Source of the DNA: Gammaproteobacteria bacterium
GTDB taxonomy: Bacteria > Pseudomonadota > Gammaproteobacteria > G965277405
Reading direction: 5' to 3'
NCBI GenBank assembly: GCA_965277405.1
Contig: OZ255726.1
Location: forward strand, 1,344,001-1,408,000
DNA length: 64,000 nucleotides
Both the position numbers and the translations under genes were made by a program. This document shows, one piece after another, positions 20,974 to 29,943 of this stretch; within the stretch, counting starts at the first letter, position 1; each line of letters opens with the position of its first letter. The notes beneath the pieces were generated by a model. The model did no database searches, had not been told where the DNA came from, and saw nothing but the letters and a program-made list of their open reading frames with translations.

Positions 20974-23900
20974 ATGCATAGAAACAATCCATCGTCCGCT
21001 AATAATACCCGCCAGCGTTGGCTAATCATACACGCCAGCACCATGGTAATGCGAGCAGTGGTATTGAATGCAGTGGTGTTTAGCACTGCGGTAATGACCG
21101 CCATGGTATTGCTGGCTGCTAGCGTAGCGCATGCAGCGCAGCATGCTGACACCCAGCACTATGCCATCAGCCAAGGTCCGCTCGCCACAGTGCTGGCGGC
21201 ATTCGCTAGCGCGGCAGATATTGGCGTTGATATTGACCACTCGCTCACGGACGGCAAGCACAGCCAAGGTCTCCAAGGTGAGTATGCGCTAACCGCCGCG
21301 CTAGCGTATATTTTGCGCGGCAGCGGGCTGGCAGCGCAGCAACTCGCAAACTCACGTTATGTTATTATTGCTGCCGCTATTGACTCGGCAACAACGAATA
21401 CGCCGAATACGCCAAATACGCTTGCCATCCCCACCCTCACCATTGAAGACTCAGGGGTATCAGGCTATCAGCGTGATGAACAAGGCTACGACGCAGTCTA
21501 CGATAACAACGCTTCCACCGTGTACATGGGTAGAGCAGCAGTCCGCCGCAACGCTGGCACCAACCCTGCCGATTTATTGCAGGGGATGGCTGGGGTATTT
21601 AGCGGCGATGCCCGTAATAGCGGGGCGTTGGATGTCAATATTCGCGGGGTGCAGGGTCCTGGGCGGGTGCCGGTGATTATCGACGGCACCGAGCAGGCTA
21701 TCACCGTCAACCGCGGCTATAACGGCGTGGCTAACCGTAGTTATATCGACCCGAACCTGATCAGTTCGCTGCGCGTCCACAAAGGTGCGAGCAATGCCCG
21801 CGATGTCAATAGCGGCATCGGGGGGGCGCTGGTGGCAACCACGCTCATCCCCGCCGATATAATCAAAGAAGGCGCAGACTCTGGGCTTGAATTAATAATA
21901 ACCAGCGGCAGCAACGCGGTCTCCCCGCGACTCAATAATCCAACGCAGCGGGTGAAAACCCTCAACTCAAAATCACTCGCCGATGAAATCCCGCTGGGCG
22001 GCACAGACTTTGCCTACCGGCTGGCGGTCGCCAACACCTCCGCGCGCTTTGACTTCCTCGCCGCGTACGCCTACCGCCGCCGCGGTAATTACTTTGCGGG
22101 TAGCAACAACGCCGGCTATTATGATGAGCCTGGCTTTTATAATAAGGATGGCTTTTATGATGAAAATGGCAATTTTGACAAAAGGCCTTTCTTTATATCA
22201 AAAGCAACTGGTAAAAGAATTCATGATAGAACGCGCGCCCTAACCACCTACTGGCCAGCAGGCGACGAAGTCACTAATACCTCAAGCGAGATGGGGTCGT
22301 GGTTGTTAAAAAGCAGCTGGCGGGTTGACAATGCGCAAAAAATAGGCTTCAACTTCCGCCAATCGGATTCTTCGTACGGGGATGTCATGCCAGCGTGGCT
22401 CATTACTTCAGATGCTTTTTCACACGGCCGTATCCAGAGGCCGTTGAGCGAGGTCAGCGCGCGCGCGTATAACGTCTCGTACCGCAATACACCCAACGAC
22501 AACCGCTGGCTGGACCTCCACGCCAACCTCTGGCGCACGGATACGTTAGGACACATCTTTAAAACAGGAGGTCCAGCCAAATCGGGCGAAGAAACCGCAC
22601 TTGTCAAAAATGAAGGGTATGTTGATTCTAAGCATACCCGCGATGGCATCACCCTGAGCAATACCATGGATCTCACCAGCACGCTGGCGCTAACCGTCGG
22701 CGGCAATTTCCAGCACGAAAAACTAGCAAGCCTAGATGGTAAATACAATAATACTAGAACAGAGCGCGGAGGGCGGCGGCAGCAATGGGGCGGGAGTACA
22801 ACCCTCGCCTGGCAGCCGAACGAGGCCTTAAAAATCAGCGGCGGGGTGAAGTATTCTGCGTATTGGAGCTTCGACGACCGCCTTAAATATATCATCGATG
22901 CAGGCGGCATCGTTCCAAAATTAGAGAATATTCTAAATAGAAACATTAAATATGAATACACTACCGGTGGGCTGCCGATTTCACCCGAGCGGCGCAGAAA
23001 GTTAATAGAAGAACAGCTTGAAATAGACAATGAAGAGCACAAAGACAAGCAAGATGCAAATATCCATAATGCACAACAGTGCGAAATTGCAAAAGGCTCA
23101 TTCTGGGAAGCTCCCTTATGCGCATATAGCGAGTATAATAGTGTACGACCATACTACGAGCCAGCAAAAATAGAGCATATAAAAGCTAACCCCGATACTC
23201 CTGAAGCGATAGAAGCAGTTAGAAAATACTATGGCAACCCTATCAAAAACCATGAATCCGATGTGCCAATCCCCTTGGTGGCGGATGCCGCTGGCAAGTA
23301 TTCGTTTACTAGCCACCCCTGCTTTAATGGTCAGGTAGAACAGGAAATAGCAGACAAAACAGGTAATGATAAGTCGGTGAAAATAACTAAGTGTCTTACC
23401 GATACCAAAATGCACTTCAGCGAAGCGAAGGTGGAAAAGTTGGAAGAGGACGGCTGGGTGCCGCATTTTGCCGCCAGCTATCAATTTACCCCGTATAGCC
23501 GCGGCTACGTTAAATACAGCGAATTCATCCGCTTCCCGAGTATGTTCGAAAGCACTACTGGGTTTTCTACTGCGCTCGGCCCGGATGGTATTAACAACCC
23601 TGAGCACGCTTATAACTGGGAAATCAGCTATGTCCACGACCTAACCCAATGGTTGACAACCGCTGAATATGCTGACGTCAAGCTGACGTTCTACGATAAC
23701 CTGAGCAAGGGGGTTATTGATCGCGGTCAAGTTTTAAAATATCTTATTAACCTTGACGAAAAAAAGGTCCGCGGGGCAGAATTAACCATGCGCTACGATG
23801 GCGGTCGCGTGTTTAGTAATATTGCTGTCAATTACGTCCTGCATAACGAAGTCTGTGACGAAAGCTTTGCCGTACTTAATTCGATATTGGAATATCGCGT

Positions 23901-24291
23901 ACCCAGCTGCTTTGCATTCGGCAGCCCTAGTGGTGGCTATCAAATCACGCGAGCCACCCCTAAATTATCGGCTAATTGGGCGCTCGGCGGCCGGCTGCTC
24001 GACCGCCGCCTAGAGCTAGGCAGCCAGGTTACATATTATAGCCGCGACGCCAACGCAGACCTAGACGAGTATCATAGGCATTTCGGCATAGATGGTATGA
24101 TGATAACATCTTTTGGCTGGGGCAATACGCTGCTCGTTAACGCCTACGCCAATTATACCGTGAATGCGAACTTGCAAGTTGAATTCGTTGCTGCTAACCT
24201 AACTGATCAATACTACCTCGACCCATTAACCCGTTCGCAGATGCCCGCCCCTGGGCGGACGCTGAAACTGAATTTGACTGGGCGGCTATAA
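20974..24291 (+). CDS. TonB-dependent haem/hemophore receptor with N-terminal STN domain (HphR-like), copy 1
   Basis: STN-like YAISQGPLATVL...GLQGEY...ILRGSGL; plug GDARNSGALDVNIRGVQGPGRVPVIIDG; RFPSMFE; C-terminal NLTDQYYLDPLTRSQMPAPGRT. Confidence 0.88.
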   Translation: MHRNNPSSANNTRQRWLIIHASTMVMRAVVLNAVVFSTAVMTAMVLLAASVAHAAQHADTQHYAISQGPLATVLAAFASAADIGVDIDHSLTDGKHSQGLQGEYALTAALAYILRGSGLAAQQLANSRYVIIAAAIDSATTNTPNTPNTLAIPTLTIEDSGVSGYQRDEQGYDAVYDNNASTVYMGRAAVRRNAGTNPADLLQGMAGVFSGDARNSGALDVNIRGVQGPGRVPVIIDGTEQAITVNRGYNGVANRSYIDPNLISSLRVHKGASNARDVNSGIGGALVATTLIPADIIKEGADSGLELIITSGSNAVSPRLNNPTQRVKTLNSKSLADEIPLGGTDFAYRLAVANTSARFDFLAAYAYRRRGNYFAGSNNAGYYDEPGFYNKDGFYDENGNFDKRPFFISKATGKRIHDRTRALTTYWPAGDEVTNTSSEMGSWLLKSSWRVDNAQKIGFNFRQSDSSYGDVMPAWLITSDAFSHGRIQRPLSEVSARAYNVSYRNTPNDNRWLDLHANLWRTDTLGHIFKTGGPAKSGEETALVKNEGYVDSKHTRDGITLSNTMDLTSTLALTVGGNFQHEKLASLDGKYNNTRTERGGRRQQWGGSTTLAWQPNEALKISGGVKYSAYWSFDDRLKYIIDAGGIVPKLENILNRNIKYEYTTGGLPISPERRRKLIEEQLEIDNEEHKDKQDANIHNAQQCEIAKGSFWEAPLCAYSEYNSVRPYYEPAKIEHIKANPDTPEAIEAVRKYYGNPIKNHESDVPIPLVADAAGKYSFTSHPCFNGQVEQEIADKTGNDKSVKITKCLTDTKMHFSEAKVEKLEEDGWVPHFAASYQFTPYSRGYVKYSEFIRFPSMFESTTGFSTALGPDGINNPEHAYNWEISYVHDLTQWLTTAEYADVKLTFYDNLSKGVIDRGQVLKYLINLDEKKVRGAELTMRYDGGRVFSNIAVNYVLHNEVCDESFAVLNSILEYRVPSCFAFGSPSGGYQITRATPKLSANWALGGRLLDRRLELGSQVTYYSRDANADLDEYHRHFGIDGMMITSFGWGNTLLVNAYANYTVNANLQVEFVAANLTDQYYLDPLTRSQMPAPGRTLKLNLTGRL

Positions 24292-24384
24292 TCGCGCGTG
24301 GTTAAACCTGGCGAAGCAGCCGCTTCGCTAACACTATATTATTTTCATTTTGAAAGTAATTAACCTAAACCATAGGAGAAGTTT

Positions 24385-25227
24385 ATGAAAAAACTACAAT
24401 TATTAACCACCATCGCGCTTGTGGCTAGCGCGCTCGCCGCGCCAGTCCACGCTGAAAGCGAAACTCAGGTAGTTGTCTTTAACTTACACGGAATAGAAGG
24501 TGATTCGTCGAATACTGAGAAAGTGATTGTCGGCCCATCAAATGTAAACTACCCGCCAGATCATAACGTAGGGAAGGCGGGGATTGGTGCTGGATATGGT
24601 ATGAAATCGCAATCTAGGGTAGACTTTGCTGGGTTGGCAGAAGAGGTGCCAGCTGCCCTCAACGGGGTGCATTCGCTGGTTTTCCCGTATGATGGTGCCC
24701 CGAAAAGCCATGATGACTTTGGGGTATTCCAATTTGTTAAAGTAGGCACACACGACGTTTGGTTTGGCGAATGGTCACAAACTGGTGCCTCCAACGACCC
24801 AACCCGTACCGTGTACTACGTCGGCGCTAATGCCGATGATAGTATAACAAGAAGTGATGATAGAGCTGTTTACACGGTGACAGGTATCAATCACTACGCA
24901 GCATTGGATAGCACCGTCCTACGAGGTGAATTCACTGCTAATTTTAGTGCTTTAACCCTAACAGGGTCTATGCGTACTACCAACTTACCTGTCAACTTAC
25001 ATATAAATATTGGCACTGCGAGCATTACCCCCGAAGCTTTGATTGGTAATGGCAGAGTCGTACCATCCGCAAGTATCAGTACATCAACAATATTCCTACC
25101 ATATTTTAATGATGTAGGAGGGGAAATTAACGGGCGGTTCTACAACGGTCAGGCTGACCTCGCTGGCATGGTTACCTTTGCTGGTATGCCTGCATTCGAT
25201 ACAGCGTTTGGTGGTACTAGAAATTAA
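24385..25227 (+). CDS. Secreted hemophilin/HphA-like hemophore (Slam substrate), copy 1
   Basis: Signal peptide, PPDHNVGKAGIG, SHDDFGVFQFVKVG, DVWFGEWS, TVYYVG, C-terminal barrel ending DTAFGG; lies between receptor and Slam. Confidence 0.78.
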   Translation: MKKLQLLTTIALVASALAAPVHAESETQVVVFNLHGIEGDSSNTEKVIVGPSNVNYPPDHNVGKAGIGAGYGMKSQSRVDFAGLAEEVPAALNGVHSLVFPYDGAPKSHDDFGVFQFVKVGTHDVWFGEWSQTGASNDPTRTVYYVGANADDSITRSDDRAVYTVTGINHYAALDSTVLRGEFTANFSALTLTGSMRTTNLPVNLHINIGTASITPEALIGNGRVVPSASISTSTIFLPYFNDVGGEINGRFYNGQADLAGMVTFAGMPAFDTAFGGTRN

Positions 25228-25232
25228 TAATC

Positions 25233-26747
25233 TTGTTAGTTATTAAATTCAAGCCGCGCCTGCAATTGCAGGCGCGGTTTTTTTTGCTGTATTGCATCCT
25301 GTTGCTGCTGCTCCCAGCCGTCGCCGCAGCTGCTGATAGCCAGTTGCCTAGTAGGTTGCCTAGCAACGCTAGCAGCGACCAAGCCACCGACCAACCGCGT
25401 AATAGCAGCCAGCAGCAGTTACTACATGCCGACAGCGCAGCACGCCGCGCCATCATTATCGACGGTAAATCTTATCCTATCCAAGACAACGTCAATGACC
25501 TCGGCAGGGCGTTGTATATGTCAATCCAACAACAACACTGGGCAGACGTCGAGTATTATTTGGCAAAATACCAAACCCTCGCCAACGCCGACGCGTTATT
25601 ATTGGCGTATGCCCGCGGCACGCTCGCCAGAATACGCGGTGATATGCAACAAGCAGCAGCCCAATACCGCAAATTAGTCGAGTTGAACCCTGACTTTTTC
25701 CCAGGCCAGCTCGAATTAGCCCGCGTGCTGTTTGCCGACCATCACAACCAACAAGCTAAGCAGCTATTTGCGCAAATAGCCGACCAACTCGACCCTAGCA
25801 ATACCAAGCACGCCAACATCATTAGTTCGGTGGAGAATTTCACCGAAGCCTTGCAACGCCGGCATACTTGGCAAAGCTCAGACGCGCTGGGCACAATCTG
25901 GACCGATAACCTCAACCATTCATCGCAGAGTTATACTTGCTTTGCATCTTTTCGCGGTCGGTGCTTTTCCGAGCGACAAACCCCTGATGCGATTAGCGCG
26001 CATGGCATTGACTACCAATTGACATTAAACCGCCAAGTGTCAATTAGTGGGCAGCATGGCATCTACTTTCGTGCGCAGTTATCCGCGCAACGTTATCAAG
26101 ACTACCCTGATTACAATCAAACAATCATGACTAATCAAATAGGTTATGCCTTTGAGAATTATGCTGATTATATCAGCCTGGCGCCTGCGTATGAATTTCT
26201 TGAGTATGGTAACGCGACGTTCTACCGCGCTTGGGGCGTGCATGCACAGTGGAGACGCAAGCTATCGACCACGCAGATGTTCAAACTAACAGCTGACTAT
26301 AAACAACTCAAGTATGCAGAACAACCACGGCAGCGGCATAACGGTGCTGCGTTTTCGCTAAATTTCAGCGCCTGGCAAAGCCTCGCGGATAACTGGATGC
26401 TAATTAGCGGGGTGGATTGGTTGGAGATAACAGCAACAGAAAAAACTGAATCTTATAACAAACTGGGGCTAAGATTCGGTGCGTCGAAACAGTTTGCTGC
26501 TGGTATTCAGGTGGTGTTGCTCACCGCTGCCAGCCAACGCAGTAATCATAAGTTTAGCACAATCCTCGGTGCCAAACGCAATGACATAGTCAAAAATGCT
26601 ACCTTGACTATAACCGCAGCTAAATTCCCTATCGGCAGTTTTACCCCTACCATAACCCTGCACCAGCGCAGCACGCGCAGCAACATAGATTGGCTATACA
26701 GTAGCCAAAGCAATAACATCAAACTGCAACTAACAAGAAACTTCTAA
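25233..26747 (+). CDS. Slam / type XI secretion outer-membrane translocon (DUF560), copy 1; start codon uncertain
   Basis: N-terminal TPR (LELARVLF) plus beta-barrel, SNIDWLYS, C-terminal Phe (LQLTRNF). Confidence 0.8.
   Translation: MLVIKFKPRLQLQARFFLLYCILLLLLPAVAAAADSQLPSRLPSNASSDQATDQPRNSSQQQLLHADSAARRAIIIDGKSYPIQDNVNDLGRALYMSIQQQHWADVEYYLAKYQTLANADALLLAYARGTLARIRGDMQQAAAQYRKLVELNPDFFPGQLELARVLFADHHNQQAKQLFAQIADQLDPSNTKHANIISSVENFTEALQRRHTWQSSDALGTIWTDNLNHSSQSYTCFASFRGRCFSERQTPDAISAHGIDYQLTLNRQVSISGQHGIYFRAQLSAQRYQDYPDYNQTIMTNQIGYAFENYADYISLAPAYEFLEYGNATFYRAWGVHAQWRRKLSTTQMFKLTADYKQLKYAEQPRQRHNGAAFSLNFSAWQSLADNWMLISGVDWLEITATEKTESYNKLGLRFGASKQFAAGIQVVLLTAASQRSNHKFSTILGAKRNDIVKNATLTITAAKFPIGSFTPTITLHQRSTRSNIDWLYSSQSNNIKLQLTRNF
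25254..25285 (+). terminator. Rho-independent terminator after hemophore 1
   Basis: CCGCGCCTGCA-AT-TGCAGGCGCGG followed by T8. Confidence 0.75.
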
Positions 26748-26748
26748 T

Positions 26749-28050
26749 ATGAGCCGTCCAACCGCAATTTTTATTATTTTATTATTGTTAAGCCCGTGCA
26801 TCCCCGCAGCCGGTGATTGGCAGACCTTGCAAAATACTGCCACCAGCTTATACCAGCAGGGTGACTATGCACAAGCCGCGGTACAGCTGCAGCAGGCGAT
26901 TACTCGTGCTGAACAAGCCGATAATGGCGATAAATATAAAGTTAGTAGCCTTAATTTACTCGCGTTTGTGTATCTGGCTACAGGCGATCAGCAACGCGCA
27001 TTAGCAACGCTTGCACAAGCTATAATCATTGCCCGTAAGGTATACCCTAATTCCCACCCGACCTTGGCAATAATGTTGTTCAATACAGGCGATTTTCTCG
27101 AACAAGCCGGCCAAGCAGAACAAGCCCTGCATGCGTATCAGGCGGCGTGGGCAATCCAGCGACAAGATGTGGTTAAATACGCTGATGCTGCACTGAAAAC
27201 AGCCGACGCCTTGGTGGCAATACACAATTCCCAGCAACATTATCAGCGCAGCGTGGCGATTGCCACAACGATTCTGACGCCGTATACCAACACCAAGCCA
27301 ACCGCGTTTAATGAATCGTTGCGGCAGATTAGCTATGCGCTGGCGCAGGCACAGTTGCAATTGCACCACCGGGAATTAGCCCAACAAGCGCTAGCGCAAC
27401 AGCTACGCCGTGACCAAGCGACATTGACCGCATTCGATAGTCGTATCGCTGATACTTTAGAAAGGCTAGCCGCCAGTTTTGATGGGCAAAACCCGCAAGC
27501 CGCGCTGCCGCTACGTGAACAGGCGATGCAGATCAGAAACCATAATAATACGCCGACATTAACGAATGTGATGAATCTTAACGAAGTCGCGCTCGACAAA
27601 CTCGCAGCAGGGTTGTTGCCACAAGCACGCACGCTGTATCACCGCGCCCTAGCAATATTAAAACAACTCCACCTGGAACACAGTATCGAGCAGGCGTTAA
27701 TTTTAGGGAACTTAGCGAGTGTTGAAGATGGCTTAAAAGATAAAGACAAGGCCCTCGAATTGTATTTAGCCAGCCTCAAACTCCACCAGCAATTCCCCCA
27801 ACAGCCACAACAAGCCGCGAATATCGCTGGCAGAGCCGCTGCTATTTATTACGGCAGACGTAAATATGCAGAAGCAGAGCCGTTGTTTTTGCAGTCCTTC
27901 GAGTTACTCGAAAGTAGCGAGGCGGCTATCGCAGCGCTCAAAGTAGCGTTAGAAAACCTAATCAACGTGTACGATGCCTTAGGCAAACAACAACAAAAAA
28001 AAATATATATCGAAAAGCTGCTAGCACTCGATGCGGACAACCCCCGCTGA
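26749..28050 (+). CDS. Exported tetratricopeptide-repeat protein
   Basis: Signal peptide; TPR-like helices (LYQQGDYAQA, SLNLLAFVY, HPTLAIMLFN, YAEAEPLF). Confidence 0.75.
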   Translation: MSRPTAIFIILLLLSPCIPAAGDWQTLQNTATSLYQQGDYAQAAVQLQQAITRAEQADNGDKYKVSSLNLLAFVYLATGDQQRALATLAQAIIIARKVYPNSHPTLAIMLFNTGDFLEQAGQAEQALHAYQAAWAIQRQDVVKYADAALKTADALVAIHNSQQHYQRSVAIATTILTPYTNTKPTAFNESLRQISYALAQAQLQLHHRELAQQALAQQLRRDQATLTAFDSRIADTLERLAASFDGQNPQAALPLREQAMQIRNHNNTPTLTNVMNLNEVALDKLAAGLLPQARTLYHRALAILKQLHLEHSIEQALILGNLASVEDGLKDKDKALELYLASLKLHQQFPQQPQQAANIAGRAAAIYYGRRKYAEAEPLFLQSFELLESSEAAIAALKVALENLINVYDALGKQQQKKIYIEKLLALDADNPR

Positions 28051-28080
28051 ATAAGGCTGGAACTGCTAACAGCTAGTTAG

Positions 28081-29292
28081 GGAAGCTCTGATTAAGACTC
28101 GCATATACTCCAAGAACTCGCATATACTCCAAAAAAGTAATAGCAATAATTTCAATGGTCAATATTTGACCATTTCGCTGATATGCTGTAGCTGTTTTAC
28201 TGTTTTTTACTGTTTTTCTTGAATTTTTGGCGGTTCTATCCTGTTAGTCGTCCGCGCAGCATGTATAAGTTCGTCAATGCCAGCAAAGAAAATACTTGTA
28301 CTCGGTTCTTTTCTAGTCCTTTGTAGCGAGCTTTCTTATAACCAAACTGACATTTGATTACCCGAAAACAGTGCTCAATCCGGGCGCGCACCTTAGAGTT
28401 CTGTGTATTGCGTTGGCGCTGCGAGGTGCTCATTTGCTGCTTTGGTTTACGTTTATCATTCACGCGCCAATCTATCCCAAGGTGGCGCGAGCCGCGTTTA
28501 TAACTGTCGCTCGTATATCCTGCATCGGCAAAGATAACCTTATCTGTTTCACGCAGCAATTTGGGGAGTTCATTGATGTCCGCTTCATTCGCGGCTGTCG
28601 TGGTAGGCATTGCCGCGCTATGAATCATATTGCTATTAGCGTCAGTTGCTATATGCATTTTCATGCCAAAATACCACTGATTGCCTTTCCTTGTTTGCTG
28701 CATTTCAGGATCCCGTTTTTTCTCTTTATTCTTCGTAGATGATGGCGCATTGATGGTCGTGGCAGCAACCATTGTCCCTGGTGAGATTATTATATTATTT
28801 TCCATACAATACTCATTCACGACAGCAAGTATCTTGACGCTGAGTTGATGTTTTTCTATGATCCTGCGGGCAAGTTCAAGATGGTGGTTTCAGCAGGGAT
28901 GGCATAGTCTATCAGCTCTATATGGGCAAAACGCCGCATGCTTTCCATGTCATATAGTGCTTCTTCTACCCCTGGGTTTGATAAGTTGTACCATTGCTGT
29001 AAAAAATACATGCGTAACATGGTCTGCATATTCATTGGTGGTCCGGGCCATTCTCTTTCTTTGGATAATGCGGTTCTATTAACTCTAACAACCGTTGCCA
29101 TGGAGCTAATTTGTCCATCAACTGCAAGAATTTTTTTTGGTTTCGTTGTTACTTTCTTGTGGTCGTATGCAGCACTGGCAAAAGTTGTTTGTTGCATAAG
29201 ATTATCCGCTTATTCAAATATTCAAATAGATTATCTCTTTGTATATCTTGCTAGCTGATATTGCTGTTGTTTGGGATTTAATCAGAGATTCC
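28081..29292 (-). mobile_element. IS5-family insertion sequence with a frameshifted transposase
   Basis: TIRs GGAAGCTCTGATTAAG / TTAATCAGAGATTCC; transposase split into ORFs 28856-29197 and 28236-28820; first catalytic Asp lost (VAAT versus VDAT). Confidence 0.9.
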
Positions 29293-29296
29293 TTAA

Positions 29297-29586
29297 GGAA
29301 GCTCTGATTAAGTCCATGATGGGCGAGACGGAGAAAAAACGCTGATGATAACTAGACACAGTGCGCAGATAATACTGGTGGTCTTGTGGGTGTCGTCGCC
29401 AAGTGCTGCAACGACGTTAGCGCAGCGTTTTTTCCCGTCGTTGTGTTGAATATACTTATGGTTTGCGGCAGCGGTACTTGCTGTGTTGCATCCCTTGGCG
29501 TATAGCTAGGTCATGCGCTTAGCGCCTTTGCAATCATCAGCAATTGCCAGCAAACTCGCCCCATCAGCGACTTAATCAGAGCTTCC
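29297..29586 (+). mobile_element. MITE copy directly abutting the IS5
   Basis: Same TIRs and interior as 6242-6528; joined to the IS5 by TTAA and followed by CTAG. Confidence 0.85.
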
Positions 29587-29718
29587 CTAGGCGCTATACC
29601 ACAACATCAGCTATTTCCCTGCGCTGCAATCGCGCCTGCAACGGGTAAATTACTACCCCAAGTAATCCTCCCAATCCGCGCGGCAACACGCTAGCCAAGA
29701 AGCAATATTCTGTGCATT

Positions 29719-29760
29719 GATACCCGATACCCGATACCCGATACCCGATACCCGATACCC
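29719..29760. repeat. 7-bp tandem repeat (GATACCC) x6 upstream of receptor 2
   Basis: Seen directly in the sequence. Confidence 0.9.
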
Positions 29761-29807
29761 GAGCGCCGCTGTACTCAGCAATCCAGCGCCAAGAGCGGCG
29801 GATAATA

Positions 29808-29826
29808 CTTAATGAGAATTATTAGC
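29808..29826 (+). promoter_or_regulatory. Fur box upstream of TonB-dependent receptor 2
   Basis: Identical to 20887-20905. Confidence 0.65.
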
Positions 29827-29943
29827 ATTTAGTTATTGCTTTAATGTTTAATCGACTGTAATTTATGATTTTGGCAATTAGACAGGAAAGCAATGCGAGC
29901 AACCCACCCACCTTCCGTTAATAACTCCTGAGTTTGCATAGCA

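Noticed and set aside
22248-23048. 266-aa antisense ORF inside receptor 1 and other long shadow ORFs
   Set aside because: Antisense to clear genes, no motifs, not preserved in the paralog.
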